This document shows, piece after piece, positions 9,405 to 19,900 of a DNA stretch of 64,000 bases (the first letter of the stretch is position 1; each line of letters starts with the position of its first letter). The stretch is from Armatimonadia bacterium (lineage in GTDB: Bacteria; Armatimonadota; Zipacnadia; Zipacnadales; UBA11051): NCBI GenBank assembly GCA_039683575.1, contig JBDKRC010000010.1, positions 1 to 64,000 on the forward strand, written 5' to 3'. The notes below the pieces were generated by a model. That model ran no database searches. It saw nothing but the letters and a program-made list of their open reading frames with translations, and was not told the DNA's origin. A program made the position numbers and the translations under genes.

Positions 9405-10535
9405 ATGACTGACGTGGTCCAACTGCTGCGTGATCTGGTCGCTCTGCCGAGCGTTAATCCATGTGCAGGGGAACCCGACGGCGTGCATGGGGAGGGGCGC
9501 GTGGTGGAGTACCTCGTGGGCTGGCTGGCGGAGCGGAAGATTGACCACGAGCTGCAGGAGGTCTGGCCGGGGCGGCACAATGTGGCCGCGCGGCTGAGCG
9601 GCGGTGGGGGGCCGTCGGCGGTCTTTGAGGCCCATACTGACACCGTTGAGATCCAGAACATGGAGATCGAGCCCTTTGCGCCGGAGCTGCGCGAGGGGCG
9701 GGTCTATGGGCGCGGCTCGTGCGATGACAAAGCGTCGCTGGCGGCCATGCTGGTGGCGCTGGAGCGGACGGCGCAGCGGGGGACGCCGCCGGGGGACATT
9801 ACGCTGGCGGCGACGGTTGACGAGGAGTACCGATTCTCCGGCGTCAAGTACATGGTGGACCACGACTTTCGCGCGGATGGGGGAGTGGTGGGCGAGCCGA
9901 CAGGGCTGCAGCTCATCGTGGCGCACAAGGGTGCGTTGCGCTCCCAGATCATCACGCACGGCAAGGCGTGGCACAGCAGCGAGCCGGACAAGGGAGAAAG
10001 CGCCATATTTCACATGGCGCGGGTGCTGACGGCGATTGAGGACTACGGGCGGGAGCTGGCCAAGCGGCCCGGGCATCCGCTGGTGAGCGGGCCGACGATC
10101 AGTGTGGGCCAGATCAACGGCGGGCACGCTCCAAACATCGTGCCCGACCGCTGCGAGATTGCCATTGACCGGCGCATCATGCCGGGCGAGGTGCCGGAAG
10201 TGGTGGAGCAGGAGCTGCGGGACTGGCTGACGGGGCGCCTTGAGGGCGTGCCGTGGGAGATGCAGGTGAGGCTCAACGACGGCGGGCTCGAGGGCTCTCC
10301 TGACGCTCCCATAGCGCAGCGGTGCGCGGCGGCGCTGGACCGGGTGCTGGGCGGGCATGTGACGGCGGGGGTGCAGTATGGAACGGATGCGAGCAAATTC
10401 GCGGCGGCGGGGACGCCGTCGGTTGTGATCGGGCCGGGAGATATCGCCCAGGCGCACACGGCGGTGGAGTGGGTAGAAGTGGAGCAGGTGAAGACGGCGG
10501 TGGAGGTCTACGCGGAGATCATGTGGCCGCGCTAG
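9405..10535 (+). CDS. M20 metallopeptidase (ArgE/DapE family)
   Basis: AHTDTV, GRGSCDDK, VDEE, GEPT and AHT zinc-binding motifs; start MTDVVQ. Confidence 0.92.
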   Translation: MTDVVQLLRDLVALPSVNPCAGEPDGVHGEGRVVEYLVGWLAERKIDHELQEVWPGRHNVAARLSGGGGPSAVFEAHTDTVEIQNMEIEPFAPELREGRVYGRGSCDDKASLAAMLVALERTAQRGTPPGDITLAATVDEEYRFSGVKYMVDHDFRADGGVVGEPTGLQLIVAHKGALRSQIITHGKAWHSSEPDKGESAIFHMARVLTAIEDYGRELAKRPGHPLVSGPTISVGQINGGHAPNIVPDRCEIAIDRRIMPGEVPEVVEQELRDWLTGRLEGVPWEMQVRLNDGGLEGSPDAPIAQRCAAALDRVLGGHVTAGVQYGTDASKFAAAGTPSVVIGPGDIAQAHTAVEWVEVEQVKTAVEVYAEIMWPR

Positions 10536-10748
10536 AGCATGAGATCACCGTTCGTGTTCCAGTAGGGCAGGCGGCCTCGCCTGCCCACGCGGGCGAGCCG
10601 CCCGCGCCACTGGGATATTGATCTGGCCAGCCCCACGCCAGAAGATCATTTTGGCTTTACAGCGGAGGGTTTGGGGCGTAAGCTGACGAACCTGTGGTAA
10701 CTGAATTACGGAAATCACCCCCGGTGCGGGGTTAAGGAGAGGATACGT

Positions 10749-11960
10749 ATGGCTGATTGTCAGCGCACTGTTGTCGAAGTGAATGCGGGGCCGCATGACC
10801 GCAAGAATGCGGTTGTGTCGTTCTTTTGCAATGAGGGCTGCAGCGAAAATCTGGTTCATGTTGTCAATGAGCTGAACGCCGACGGATCGCTGGGCGCGGC
10901 CATGCCGGCGCAGTGTCTGGCCGAGTTCTGCGGCTGCGAAGACGAAGAGTGCACCTGCTGCTGCGAAGTTGTCTGGATGATCCCGGAGATGAAGGCCGGC
11001 GAGACCCGGCGCTATGCCATCGGTATGGCCGAGCAGCCCGCGGAGTTCCCCGGTGGCGTCCAGATTGCGCTGCAAGAGGGCAAGCAGGCCGACTTCATGG
11101 TCGGCGACGAGCTGTTCACCAGCTACGTCTTCCAGGAAGGCATCGCCCGCCCGTTCTGCTACCCGGTCTATGGGCCGAACCGCAAGATCGTTGTGCGCGA
11201 AGTCAACCTCCCCCAGAAGGAGAGCATTGACCACCCGCATCACAAGGGTCTGTGGGTCGCGCAGGGCGCTGTGAACGACAACGAGGACAACTGGAGCGAG
11301 ATGAACGATCACGCGATCACCGCGTGTGAGGATGTCGAGATCCTCGCTGAGGGTCCGGTCTTTGGCGAGATCATCGCCTTCGGCGACTGGATGAGCGGCC
11401 GGCGCGGCACCCGCAAGAAGATGCTCGAAGAGCACACGCGGATCCGCGTCTACAACACCCCCGACAACGCCCGCGTGATGGACTGGATCATCACCTTCGT
11501 GGCGACCGAGGGCGGTTTCCACTTTGGCGACACCAAGGAAGCCGGAACCCTGTCGGCGCGGCTCAAGGAGAGCATGGAAGAGCGCAACGGCGGCACCATG
11601 CGCAACTCCTTCGGCGCAGTCGGCGAGGCCGAGAACTGGGGCAAGCGCGCGGAGTGGGTTGACTACTTCGGCGACGTCGAGGGCGAGGTCTGCGGTCTGG
11701 CGATCATGGACCACCCGGAGAACCATGGCTACCCGACGCACTGGCATGTACGGTCCTACGGGCTGTTCACCGCGAACGAGTGGGGCATCCACGACTTCAC
11801 CGGCGACAACGGCAAGCGCGGCGACCTGGCGGTGCAGGCCGGCGACTTCCTGACCTTCCGCTTCCGCGTGTTCATCCACAGCGGCAACACGTGCGAGGCC
11901 GACGTGAAGGGCCAGTACATGAACTTCGTGTTCCCGCCGACCGTGAAGGTCGTCGAGTAG
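10749..11960 (+). CDS. DUF6807/PmoA-like (PF14100-type) beta-sandwich protein, function unknown
   Basis: RPFCYPV, DHPHHKGLW, WVDYFG and DHPENHGYPTHWHVRSYG motifs; strong RBS AAGGAG. Confidence 0.75.
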   Translation: MADCQRTVVEVNAGPHDRKNAVVSFFCNEGCSENLVHVVNELNADGSLGAAMPAQCLAEFCGCEDEECTCCCEVVWMIPEMKAGETRRYAIGMAEQPAEFPGGVQIALQEGKQADFMVGDELFTSYVFQEGIARPFCYPVYGPNRKIVVREVNLPQKESIDHPHHKGLWVAQGAVNDNEDNWSEMNDHAITACEDVEILAEGPVFGEIIAFGDWMSGRRGTRKKMLEEHTRIRVYNTPDNARVMDWIITFVATEGGFHFGDTKEAGTLSARLKESMEERNGGTMRNSFGAVGEAENWGKRAEWVDYFGDVEGEVCGLAIMDHPENHGYPTHWHVRSYGLFTANEWGIHDFTGDNGKRGDLAVQAGDFLTFRFRVFIHSGNTCEADVKGQYMNFVFPPTVKVVE

Positions 11961-11985
11961 TCGCAAGTTCGAATAGCTGAAAGCC

Positions 11986-12024
11986 AAGGGGCTCACCACG
12001 GTTGGTGGTGAGCCCCTTTATTTT
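11986..12024 (+). terminator. Intrinsic terminator
   Basis: AAGGGGCTCACCAC...GTGGTGAGCCCCTT followed by a T-rich tail. Confidence 0.8.
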
Positions 12025-12045
12025 GTGTTCATCCTGATCTTCATC

Positions 12046-12085
12046 TTGACGAGGCGCGGATGTATGGCTATGGTACATATGTTCG
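12046..12085 (+). promoter_or_regulatory. Sigma70 promoter overlapped by a putative LexA box
   Basis: TTGACG-17 bp-TATGGT, with GGTACATATGTTCG (12072-12085) overlapping the -10 element. Confidence 0.6.
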
Positions 12086-12109
12086 ATTGATGCGTAATGG
12101 AGGGACAGC

Positions 12110-12613
12110 ATGGGTGACACAGACGAGCCGCAGGTTGTTGAGTTCGGGCCGTACCGCGTCATCGGGACGCGGTACGTGGGGAAGAATGAGAATCGCGAGA
12201 TCACTGCGATGTGGGACAGAGACTTCCTACCGCGAATGGCCGAGGTCAAGCCGCCCCTATCGGGGCCGCATCTGGCTTTCGGTTTGTGCCGGTGCCTGCC
12301 GGGAGTGACGGACGGGTCGTTTGAGTACATCGCGGCCGTGGTTGCGGCGGACGATGCTCCCGTGCCCGAGGGCATGATGGAGGCGACCGTCGCCGGTGGG
12401 ACGTACGTGGCATTCCCGGCGGAGAGCCTCGAGGTGCTCACGGAGGCATGGCAAGCCCTGCCGCAGTGGCTGGCCGCGCATCCTGAGTGGGAGGGCTACT
12501 GCGGCAAGGACTGCTGCGACTGTGACACGCATCCGTCTTTTGAACTCTACCCGGAGGACTTCGGCGAGAAGGGCAAGCTGTTCGTCTACATGCCCATCAA
12601 GCCGAAGGCCTGA
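12110..12613 (+). CDS. GyrI-like small-molecule-binding domain protein
   Basis: I-x2-MWDRDF, FEYIAAV, VPEGM...GGTYVAF and FELYP...VYMPI pattern. Confidence 0.8.
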   Translation: MGDTDEPQVVEFGPYRVIGTRYVGKNENREITAMWDRDFLPRMAEVKPPLSGPHLAFGLCRCLPGVTDGSFEYIAAVVAADDAPVPEGMMEATVAGGTYVAFPAESLEVLTEAWQALPQWLAAHPEWEGYCGKDCCDCDTHPSFELYPEDFGEKGKLFVYMPIKPKA

Positions 12614-12616
12614 GCC

Positions 12617-15600
12617 CTACCAGGTCACCACGTATCGGCCAGCGCCGGGCTTGCCGACCTTGAAGGTCAGGCGGCCCTGTACCATCTTTGTCTCGACCTT
12701 CCCCAGGTCGGCTTGCGTCAGCGCTGCCAGGGCGTGCACCTGTAGCTTCTGCGGGTCGGCGTTAGCCTGTGGGGCGAGGGCCTTCACGTCCAGCCCGACC
12801 GTGAACTCCTTGTCCCGCGGATAGGGGAAGACCGTCAGGCGGTTGGGCTCCTTGTTGACCTTCACTGACCCGTCGGTGGTGATCTTGCCGATGGTCAGCA
12901 TGGTCCCCGGTTTGTTCAGCCGCGTGGTGAAGTCGATTTCCGGGTCCTGGTTGTAGTCACGGGCGACCTCGGCCAGGTCGGCGAGAGTGACGCCGGTGAC
13001 TTTGCCGTTTTCGCGGGTGACCTTCAGCCGCGCGAGCACGATGCGCTGGTTGCCGTCGCGCAGGCCCTTAAGCGACAGGCGCGGGCCCTTGAACAGGCCG
13101 ATGGTGAGGTCGTAGGTGCTCATGTCCCCGTCTGGGATGCTGACTTCCCATGGGCCATCGGTGACGACCTCGCCCGGCTGCCACTGCGTCGTGGGCTTAA
13201 GCAGGCGGTGGTCCTGCTGGAAGACGATGTTGTCAGTCTCGCCGACCTTCGGGTTCGTGAAGTGGACGAAGCAGAAGTAGTCGTCCTCCGGCTTCTCCCC
13301 GACGTGCCATTCGTAGGTCAGACGAACCTTGTTGCCGCCGAGGTACTCGAACGCCTTCAGCCTCGGCTCGATGTTCCTTTCCGCGCGCAGGTACGGCATG
13401 TTGAAGCTCGTGCGGGCATCCGCGAAGGCAAACTCGGCGTTCTCCGCGTAGTCCACGAAGCTGCTCCCCTGCAGCGATGAACACACCCGCGTCCCCGGCC
13501 CTGTCGCGAGGAAGCCCCACTGTGGCAGTGTCGTATCCCCGACCTTCCACGTTTCCTTGTCCCAGTTCACCCACACCACGAGGCCACTGTCGTACTCGAT
13601 GCGCTGCCGTGAGGTATCGCCCAGAGCCAGCGCGACGCTCGCCGGGACGAGCTTCCCCTCCGCCTCGTACTGGATGCTGACCGGCTTGCTCGCCCCATAG
13701 AGTGCCTGCAGGGGGCCTAGCAGGTTGTGCTCCTTCGCGACCCACTGCACGTTCGCGGTCGACGTCGAACCGATGAAGCCCGCGTGGCCATAGGCCAGCG
13801 TCTGGGCGCGGTACTTGTCAATCTGCTCCATGCTCCCGCAGTTGCGTCCCCAACGGCTCTCGCGCATCGTGGCGAACCACCGCTCGTAGTAGCCCATGCC
13901 GTGGTTGACCATCTGCGGGTGGAGCTTGAGCAGGTCGAGATCGAGGAACGGCGTATGGTCCTCGCCGCCGTTGACCTGGGCCTCGACGCCATCGCACTTG
14001 CCTGCCCAGTAGAACTGGTTGTTGCCCTCGCCAAACAGCGGCCCCTCGTGGGTGTCGCGCATGTACTGGAACAGCTCGGAGTCGTATTTCACCTTGGCGA
14101 GAGCCATCGCAGCCATCGGCTGGTCGGCCTGGTGGTCAAGCTGGTGCCACGGCGGCACGCAGGTGTGAACGTCGAGATAGGCCGCGGTTGTGCCATAGGT
14201 CCTGTGGATGTACGGCGAGTTCTGCTCGGCGAAGCCCTTCGCGCGGTTGCACTTGAGCCCAAAGCTCTGCATCTTCGTGCCAGGGTTGTACCACGCCAGC
14301 GACTTGGTGCCGTCGGACTTGAGTACGCAGGCGGTCTCATCGTACGAAGGGGCGTCGGGGTAGAGATCAATGTAGTTCTCATGGCACGACCACACATAGC
14401 CGCAGTCGTTGGCGGCCTTGCCGAAGGCAATCATGCCCTCATCGCCGCCGTAGCGTGGGTCGGCGGGGATGTGGTCGGGCAGCTTCACATCGTAGCCGTA
14501 GCGCTGCCAAACATGCTGGATGATGGCGAGGTGGTCCACGCCGTTGTCCTTGAGGTCGCGCAGATTGTCGGCATCGCCCTGATAGGTGCCGCGCTGGTGG
14601 CCCCACACGTCGAGCATGATCCGGTCGCCGAGGAGCTTGAGGTAGGGTGAGGCCTCCCAGGGGATATTGGGCAGGACCTCGTTCACGTTGGGCGAGACAC
14701 CGATATAGCCGCTTTCGAACAGAGGGTTGAGTGTCCCGTCCGTCTTGCGATCGTAGGACGCCTCGCCCTGCGGGCAGCGTGAGGAGTGGGAGACCGTCCA
14801 GTCGAGATAGCGGTTGACGAAGACATTCTGGGCGGGCAGGTAGAACAGGCCGCTGCCCGGGAGATAGGGGACAGGGACGCTGCGGCGCAAGGCCGCGCCG
14901 GTGATGCGGCCGAGGGAGATGGCCACGAGCACTGGCTGGTCGCATGTGGCGCTGACGGTCAGAGCCTTGCCGCTGATCCCGAAGGTCCAGTCCACCGGCA
15001 CCGGCTGCCCTGCTACGTCATACTGCCATCTCACGTGAAGCTGGTTCGCCTTGAGTTCGCTGGAGAGTAGCTTCCCACCGCTGAGCAGGACGGGGCCGGT
15101 GCGCTCGCCCTCTTTGACCTCGCCGAAGACGCCTCCGCCCGAGGCCGGCCGGAAGGCATCGCCCCCGTCCACACTGCAGGTGAAGTCGTCGAGCGTGCCG
15201 GTCTTGGGCTCATAGTGATAGCGGATGAGGCCGTCGGCGCCCTCGTAGCTGAAGTCGCACGCGCTGCCCTGCGTTGTGACGCGGTTCCTGAAGTCGAGCA
15301 GGTTGGACGGGGTGACGCCTTCGCCCGAGCGGTTGCTCAGCGGCAGGAGGCTTTTGTCGGCTGTCGCCCTATAGGCCTTCGTCGCCGTTAGTTGCTGCAG
15401 CAGCGCCTGCTTGGCCTGGCTGGAAGCGCCGCAGATGATCTTCGGGTCGCCGAAGTAGGAGAAGTCGAAAGAGGGGTTGTTCTTCGGGCCGGGCTCGACT
15501 TGCAGGCGCAGCGTGATTGTCTCGCCAGCGCGCTTGGACATGTCGAAGGCATAGTCCTTCCACTGCCCCGCCGTGTAGTTCTCGTGCAGGAGTTCCTGTT

Positions 15601-16009
15601 CACCGACATACGCCCCAAAGGTCACGCCATCGCTTTTGCCGGGGACGGCGATGTCGGCGCGCATGGCGATGCTGAAGCTGAGCGTGATTGGCGTGAGCTT
15701 CGGGAGCTTGAGACGGTAGTCCACCCACATCTTGCCGGGCGCGATGTGCCAGGGGGAGTGCAGCAGGAGGGCCTTGCGGCCCATGATCTTCTCGCCGGGG
15801 AGGTACGAGATGCCCGCCACGGGCTCGAAGCTCCCCACCCACGAGTCCGGCATGTACACCGGCTGGCCACCATAGGACTGGTAGGCGACGCGGTACATGC
15901 CAATATCGCCCAGTGCGGTCTCGCCGGGCGGGAGGGGGACCGTGAGGTCAGCTTGCGCGAGCAGCAGGCTGGGGCACAGCAGCAGACACAGGACCAGTAG
16001 ATGCTTCAT
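12617..16009 (-). CDS. Large secreted protein, putative glycoside hydrolase (GH129/GH101-like TIM barrel)
   Basis: Signal peptide; WQRYGYD...HENYIDLYP...AAYLDVH...GEG pattern; family assignment is tentative. Confidence 0.6.
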   Translation of the reverse strand: MKHLLVLCLLLCPSLLLAQADLTVPLPPGETALGDIGMYRVAYQSYGGQPVYMPDSWVGSFEPVAGISYLPGEKIMGRKALLLHSPWHIAPGKMWVDYRLKLPKLTPITLSFSIAMRADIAVPGKSDGVTFGAYVGEQELLHENYTAGQWKDYAFDMSKRAGETITLRLQVEPGPKNNPSFDFSYFGDPKIICGASSQAKQALLQQLTATKAYRATADKSLLPLSNRSGEGVTPSNLLDFRNRVTTQGSACDFSYEGADGLIRYHYEPKTGTLDDFTCSVDGGDAFRPASGGGVFGEVKEGERTGPVLLSGGKLLSSELKANQLHVRWQYDVAGQPVPVDWTFGISGKALTVSATCDQPVLVAISLGRITGAALRRSVPVPYLPGSGLFYLPAQNVFVNRYLDWTVSHSSRCPQGEASYDRKTDGTLNPLFESGYIGVSPNVNEVLPNIPWEASPYLKLLGDRIMLDVWGHQRGTYQGDADNLRDLKDNGVDHLAIIQHVWQRYGYDVKLPDHIPADPRYGGDEGMIAFGKAANDCGYVWSCHENYIDLYPDAPSYDETACVLKSDGTKSLAWYNPGTKMQSFGLKCNRAKGFAEQNSPYIHRTYGTTAAYLDVHTCVPPWHQLDHQADQPMAAMALAKVKYDSELFQYMRDTHEGPLFGEGNNQFYWAGKCDGVEAQVNGGEDHTPFLDLDLLKLHPQMVNHGMGYYERWFATMRESRWGRNCGSMEQIDKYRAQTLAYGHAGFIGSTSTANVQWVAKEHNLLGPLQALYGASKPVSIQYEAEGKLVPASVALALGDTSRQRIEYDSGLVVWVNWDKETWKVGDTTLPQWGFLATGPGTRVCSSLQGSSFVDYAENAEFAFADARTSFNMPYLRAERNIEPRLKAFEYLGGNKVRLTYEWHVGEKPEDDYFCFVHFTNPKVGETDNIVFQQDHRLLKPTTQWQPGEVVTDGPWEVSIPDGDMSTYDLTIGLFKGPRLSLKGLRDGNQRIVLARLKVTRENGKVTGVTLADLAEVARDYNQDPEIDFTTRLNKPGTMLTIGKITTDGSVKVNKEPNRLTVFPYPRDKEFTVGLDVKALAPQANADPQKLQVHALAALTQADLGKVETKMVQGRLTFKVGKPGAGRYVVTW

Positions 16010-16027
16010 CGTATCCTCCCAGACACC

Positions 16028-16912
16028 CTATTTGACGGCCGCGACGACCATCCCGAACGGGAAGCCGGACCACTTGTCCACGAGCGGGTCCAGGCCCTTG
16101 CCGCGCAGGCTCTCGTCGATCATGAGGTCATCGAGCGCGGTAAGCTGCAGCCCGGCCTCCCTGAGCGCCCGCACGAAGCCGCCGTATGAGTGCAGGTAGT
16201 TCTCCACGTGGTAGCGCTGCCCCTCGTGGCTGAAGGCAGTGCGCCAGCCGATGGTCTGGCACATGTAGTGGAAGTCGCTGATGATCAGCCGCCCGCCGGG
16301 CTTCAGGCACATGGCCATCTCGCTGATGGGGCCGTTGATCTCGGGGACATGGCATAGCACGAGGTTGCAGATGATCAGGTCGAACTGCTTGCCATGGGGC
16401 AGATCGCCAAAGCCGCCCTCGATGAACTTCACCCGCACCCCTTCCGCCTCGGCCTGCGCCCGTGCCGTCGCCAGCATCTCGGGCGACGGATCGATGCCGG
16501 TCACCATTGCCCCGCGCGCGGCCAGTCTGCGGGCATAGCGACCCGTCCCACAGCCTACGTCCAGCACCCTGTTCCCCGCCACCTCGCCGATGAGCGGCTC
16601 CAGCACCGGCTCCTCGAGCATGATGAGCGGGTTCAACTCGGCATCGTAGCTCTCGGCCCACAGGGCATAGCCATCTGCCGGACTGATTTCGACCGGCTCG
16701 CGCGGCACCAGCTTCTCCCGTGCCGCCTCGCGGTGGGCGGCTATCGCGTCCTCGCCGATGGCGGGGCGCGCCTCCTCAACCAACGCCGCGACCTCCGCCA
16801 GTTCCTCCCTTAGTGTTGCCTCGTCGCAAGTATCCACATGCCGCCGGATTGCCGTCAGACTGGTGTTGAGCCTGACTGCAAGCCCCCGCAGCAGCGCGTG
16901 TGTGTCCGACAT
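16028..16912 (-). CDS. Class I SAM-dependent methyltransferase
   Basis: VLDVGCGTG motif I, FDLIICNLVLCHV, LKPGGRLIISD; start MSDTHA, 2 bp after the upstream stop. Confidence 0.9.
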   Translation of the reverse strand: MSDTHALLRGLAVRLNTSLTAIRRHVDTCDEATLREELAEVAALVEEARPAIGEDAIAAHREAAREKLVPREPVEISPADGYALWAESYDAELNPLIMLEEPVLEPLIGEVAGNRVLDVGCGTGRYARRLAARGAMVTGIDPSPEMLATARAQAEAEGVRVKFIEGGFGDLPHGKQFDLIICNLVLCHVPEINGPISEMAMCLKPGGRLIISDFHYMCQTIGWRTAFSHEGQRYHVENYLHSYGGFVRALREAGLQLTALDDLMIDESLRGKGLDPLVDKWSGFPFGMVVAAVK

Positions 16913-16913
16913 A

Positions 16914-19900
16914 CTACTCCCCTCGTTTCTCCGGCTGGTAGTTGGGGCTGACCTCATTCCTTACTGGCCAGCTTGCCCGTAGTTCGTCGTTGTACAAGCC
17001 AATCTCCCCGAAGGGGATGGGGCGGAAGTTGCTTTCGTGCAGTACCGTGGCGTCGGGTCTGAGGCCAAAGCCACCCTTGTCTGCGTTAGCGAATCCGGGG
17101 TCCTCGGCGGTGACGTAGTTGTCTACGACCTGCTGGATGCCCCGGTCGCGCGTCAGGAACTCCCCGCAGCGGTACGCGATGTTGCGCCAGACCATGTTCA
17201 CGCCCTCGTCCTCGGCTATACGGGCGAGGTCGGGGTACCTGGTCGAGTACGGCGGCTTGGTGATGTCTATGTCCTTGTAGAGCTGAGCCTCGTGTCCCTT
17301 CAGGAACTTGTCCCACCCGGCCTTGCCCCAGCCGGAGAAGCTGATGCCAAACTGGCAGTCGGCGAAGATGCAGTTGTCCACGATGTTTTCCTTGCCGCCG
17401 TGGATCTGCACGCCGCCGAAGTTGGACTCCGAGCACTTGTAGAAGACGTTGCCATAGATCAGCACACCGCTGATCGCGTCGTCAAGCCGGATGCCGCCCT
17501 GTCCGCACGGCACGCCGCTGCCGATGTGGTGCCAGTAGTTGTACAGGAAGCGGTTGCCGCGATAGGTCGGGTTGCCCCACATGTCCACCCCCGCCTGATC
17601 GTCGCCCTCAGTGACCACGCTGTGGACCTCGTTGTAGGCGACGAGGTGATCGTTGCCCTCAATGCGCATGGCGTGGTGGGGGGATTCGTGGATCAGGTTG
17701 TGGACGACGCGGTTGCCGCAGCCATTCATGAGCACGGCCGGGGTATACGAGCGGTTGATGCGTGAGAAGTCGTAGATATGGCAGTTCTCGATGAAGCTGT
17801 TGCCGGCGGTGAGCGTCTTGCGGTCGCCGGCGCTCATGTTGACCCCGCCGCTGCCCAGGACGGTCAGGTCACAGCCTATGAGGCCGCTGTCCGGGCCGCT
17901 GATGAGGCAGCCGTAGACGCCGCAGCGGGTGATTGTGCAGGCGGCGAGGACGTTGTGATTGCCATTCTTCACCACGATGCCATCGCCACGGGCGCCGTCG
18001 AGGGTGAGCCCCTGGAACGTGGTCCACGGGCAGGCGTCGAGGGTGACGAAGGGCCCGTCGAAGGCGCTGAACTCGATCTGCGCCTGTGCCGGAGCCGAGG
18101 GCGGGTAGACGTACAGCAGCCCGCTGGGGCGGTCCAGGTACCATTCGCCGGGCTGGTCGATCTCCTCGAGCAGGTTCAACGCGAGATAGCGCTGGTTGGC
18201 GCGGATACCGTAGCCGGGGCTCTGGGTAACCGTGAAGCGCTTCGCGGCAGCGTCGAGCTTGGCCGGGACGGTGCCCTCGGCCCAGTCCCAATACCACAGC
18301 CCGCGCAGGAACAGGTCAGGGGCGTTGGTCCAGCGGGCGGCGCGCTCGGTGTCGTAGGCGAAGGACCACGGCTGGCCGTCCTTGCCGCCGCCGACCTCGC
18401 CGACGCGCAGCCAGCCCTTGTTGGGGAACTTGGCGAGAGGCAGCGGCCTGCCATTCCAGAAGATCTCGGTGTAGGGGCCACTGGGCAGCCCGTAGCCGCG
18501 TGCGGACATGGTGCCGAGGTCCGTGATGCCGTTGGCCCTCATATCCGCCTGGAAGACCTTCCCGCGTGCCTCCTCGGGCAGGCGGGCGAGGATTGTGGGA
18601 TCGGTGACAGCGGCCAGGCCCTTGACCGGGCGCAGGCCGAGCAGCCTGGGCTTCTCGTCGCGATAGTTGCAGTAGATGACCGGGGCCCGCTCCGTCCCGG
18701 CGTCCTCGGCGAACAACTCAAACGTCTGCGAGACGGGGTAGTCCCCGCCGCGCAGGTAGACCTTCGCGCCTCCGTCGGGAAGCTTGCCGTCCCTGCGGGA
18801 GGCGCGGATGGCGTCGCGGGCACGGGTGAGGGTGGCGAAGGGCTGTTCGAGGGTACCCACGTTCGTGTCTTTGCCATCGGGAGCGACGTAGAGGGTCACT
18901 GCTGGCTTCGGCTGCGGCGGGAGGGTCATGCGAAGGGAAGGCAGCGGCTTGCCGTCAAGCGCCGCCAGCCGCTCACGGCCTTCCTGCCGCAGGTGCTCCG
19001 GCGCGGCCCCCATGGCGATGACCTTCTCATACTCCGCACGGGCTGCCGGAAGCTTCTTCTCGGCGGCATAGCTGGCCGCGACCCCGAACAACGCATCCAC
19101 GACGACGATGGATGGGGCTTGAGGATCGGCGGCCAACTGGCTGTAGAGGGCGCGCGCACCCGCATAGTCCTTCTCGCCCCGCAAGGCGTGGGCGAGGGTC
19201 AGGCGGGCACTGGTGACCTGCTGAAGCGTGAGCCCCTCCACCTGCCACGCCTGGGCGTACTCTTCCCGGGCCTCGGCGCTCTTCCCCGCGCGGCGCAGGG
19301 AATGGCCGATTTGCAGGTGGGCGTTGAGCTTATCAGTGGGCGTCATGCCGGGTGTGGTAAGCATGGCCTGATACACCTGTACGGGGATGAGACTTCCGGC
19401 GCCACCGCGCGCGAGGCGCATCAGCAGCATCTGGGCGGCCTGCTTGTTGGCCTCGGGGGCACCGGGGAGCTTGCCGAGGTCGATGGCATACTGGATTGCG
19501 CGAGCGAGTTGCTGCTGGGCGGCGGCTGTCTCGGCCAGCCGCAGCATCGCCAGCGACTGGAGGCTTTCGCCGAGGGCGCTGTCCTTCCGCACAGCAGCGT
19601 ACGCCTTCTCCGCAACCGCGTATTCCTTGCGCGAGAAGGCCTCTTCCGCGGCCAGAATCGCCTGAGTAATGGATTGGGCCGGCACGGGGTCAAAATACGC
19701 TTCAGCGAGCACCTCAGCGGGTGTCAGTGCGCGGTTCCAGACTACCACCTCGTCCACATCCAGCAGCACCGAGCCGAAGCCATAGCCCGCAAAGCCGATG
19801 CGGAAGCGTTTGTCGCCCGGTGGTGGTGTGTAGTCACCGGCATAGCTGCCCTTGCCGATGAGCAGCCCGTTGGCATACAGGCGGGTCTCCTTGCCATCCC

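Noticed and set aside
10545-11999. 484-aa minus-strand ORF, and reading the plus-strand gene as methane monooxygenase
   Set aside because: The ORF is a shadow. The plus-strand protein is soluble and lacks pMMO membrane helices and pmoCB neighbours; the PmoA label is only a family name
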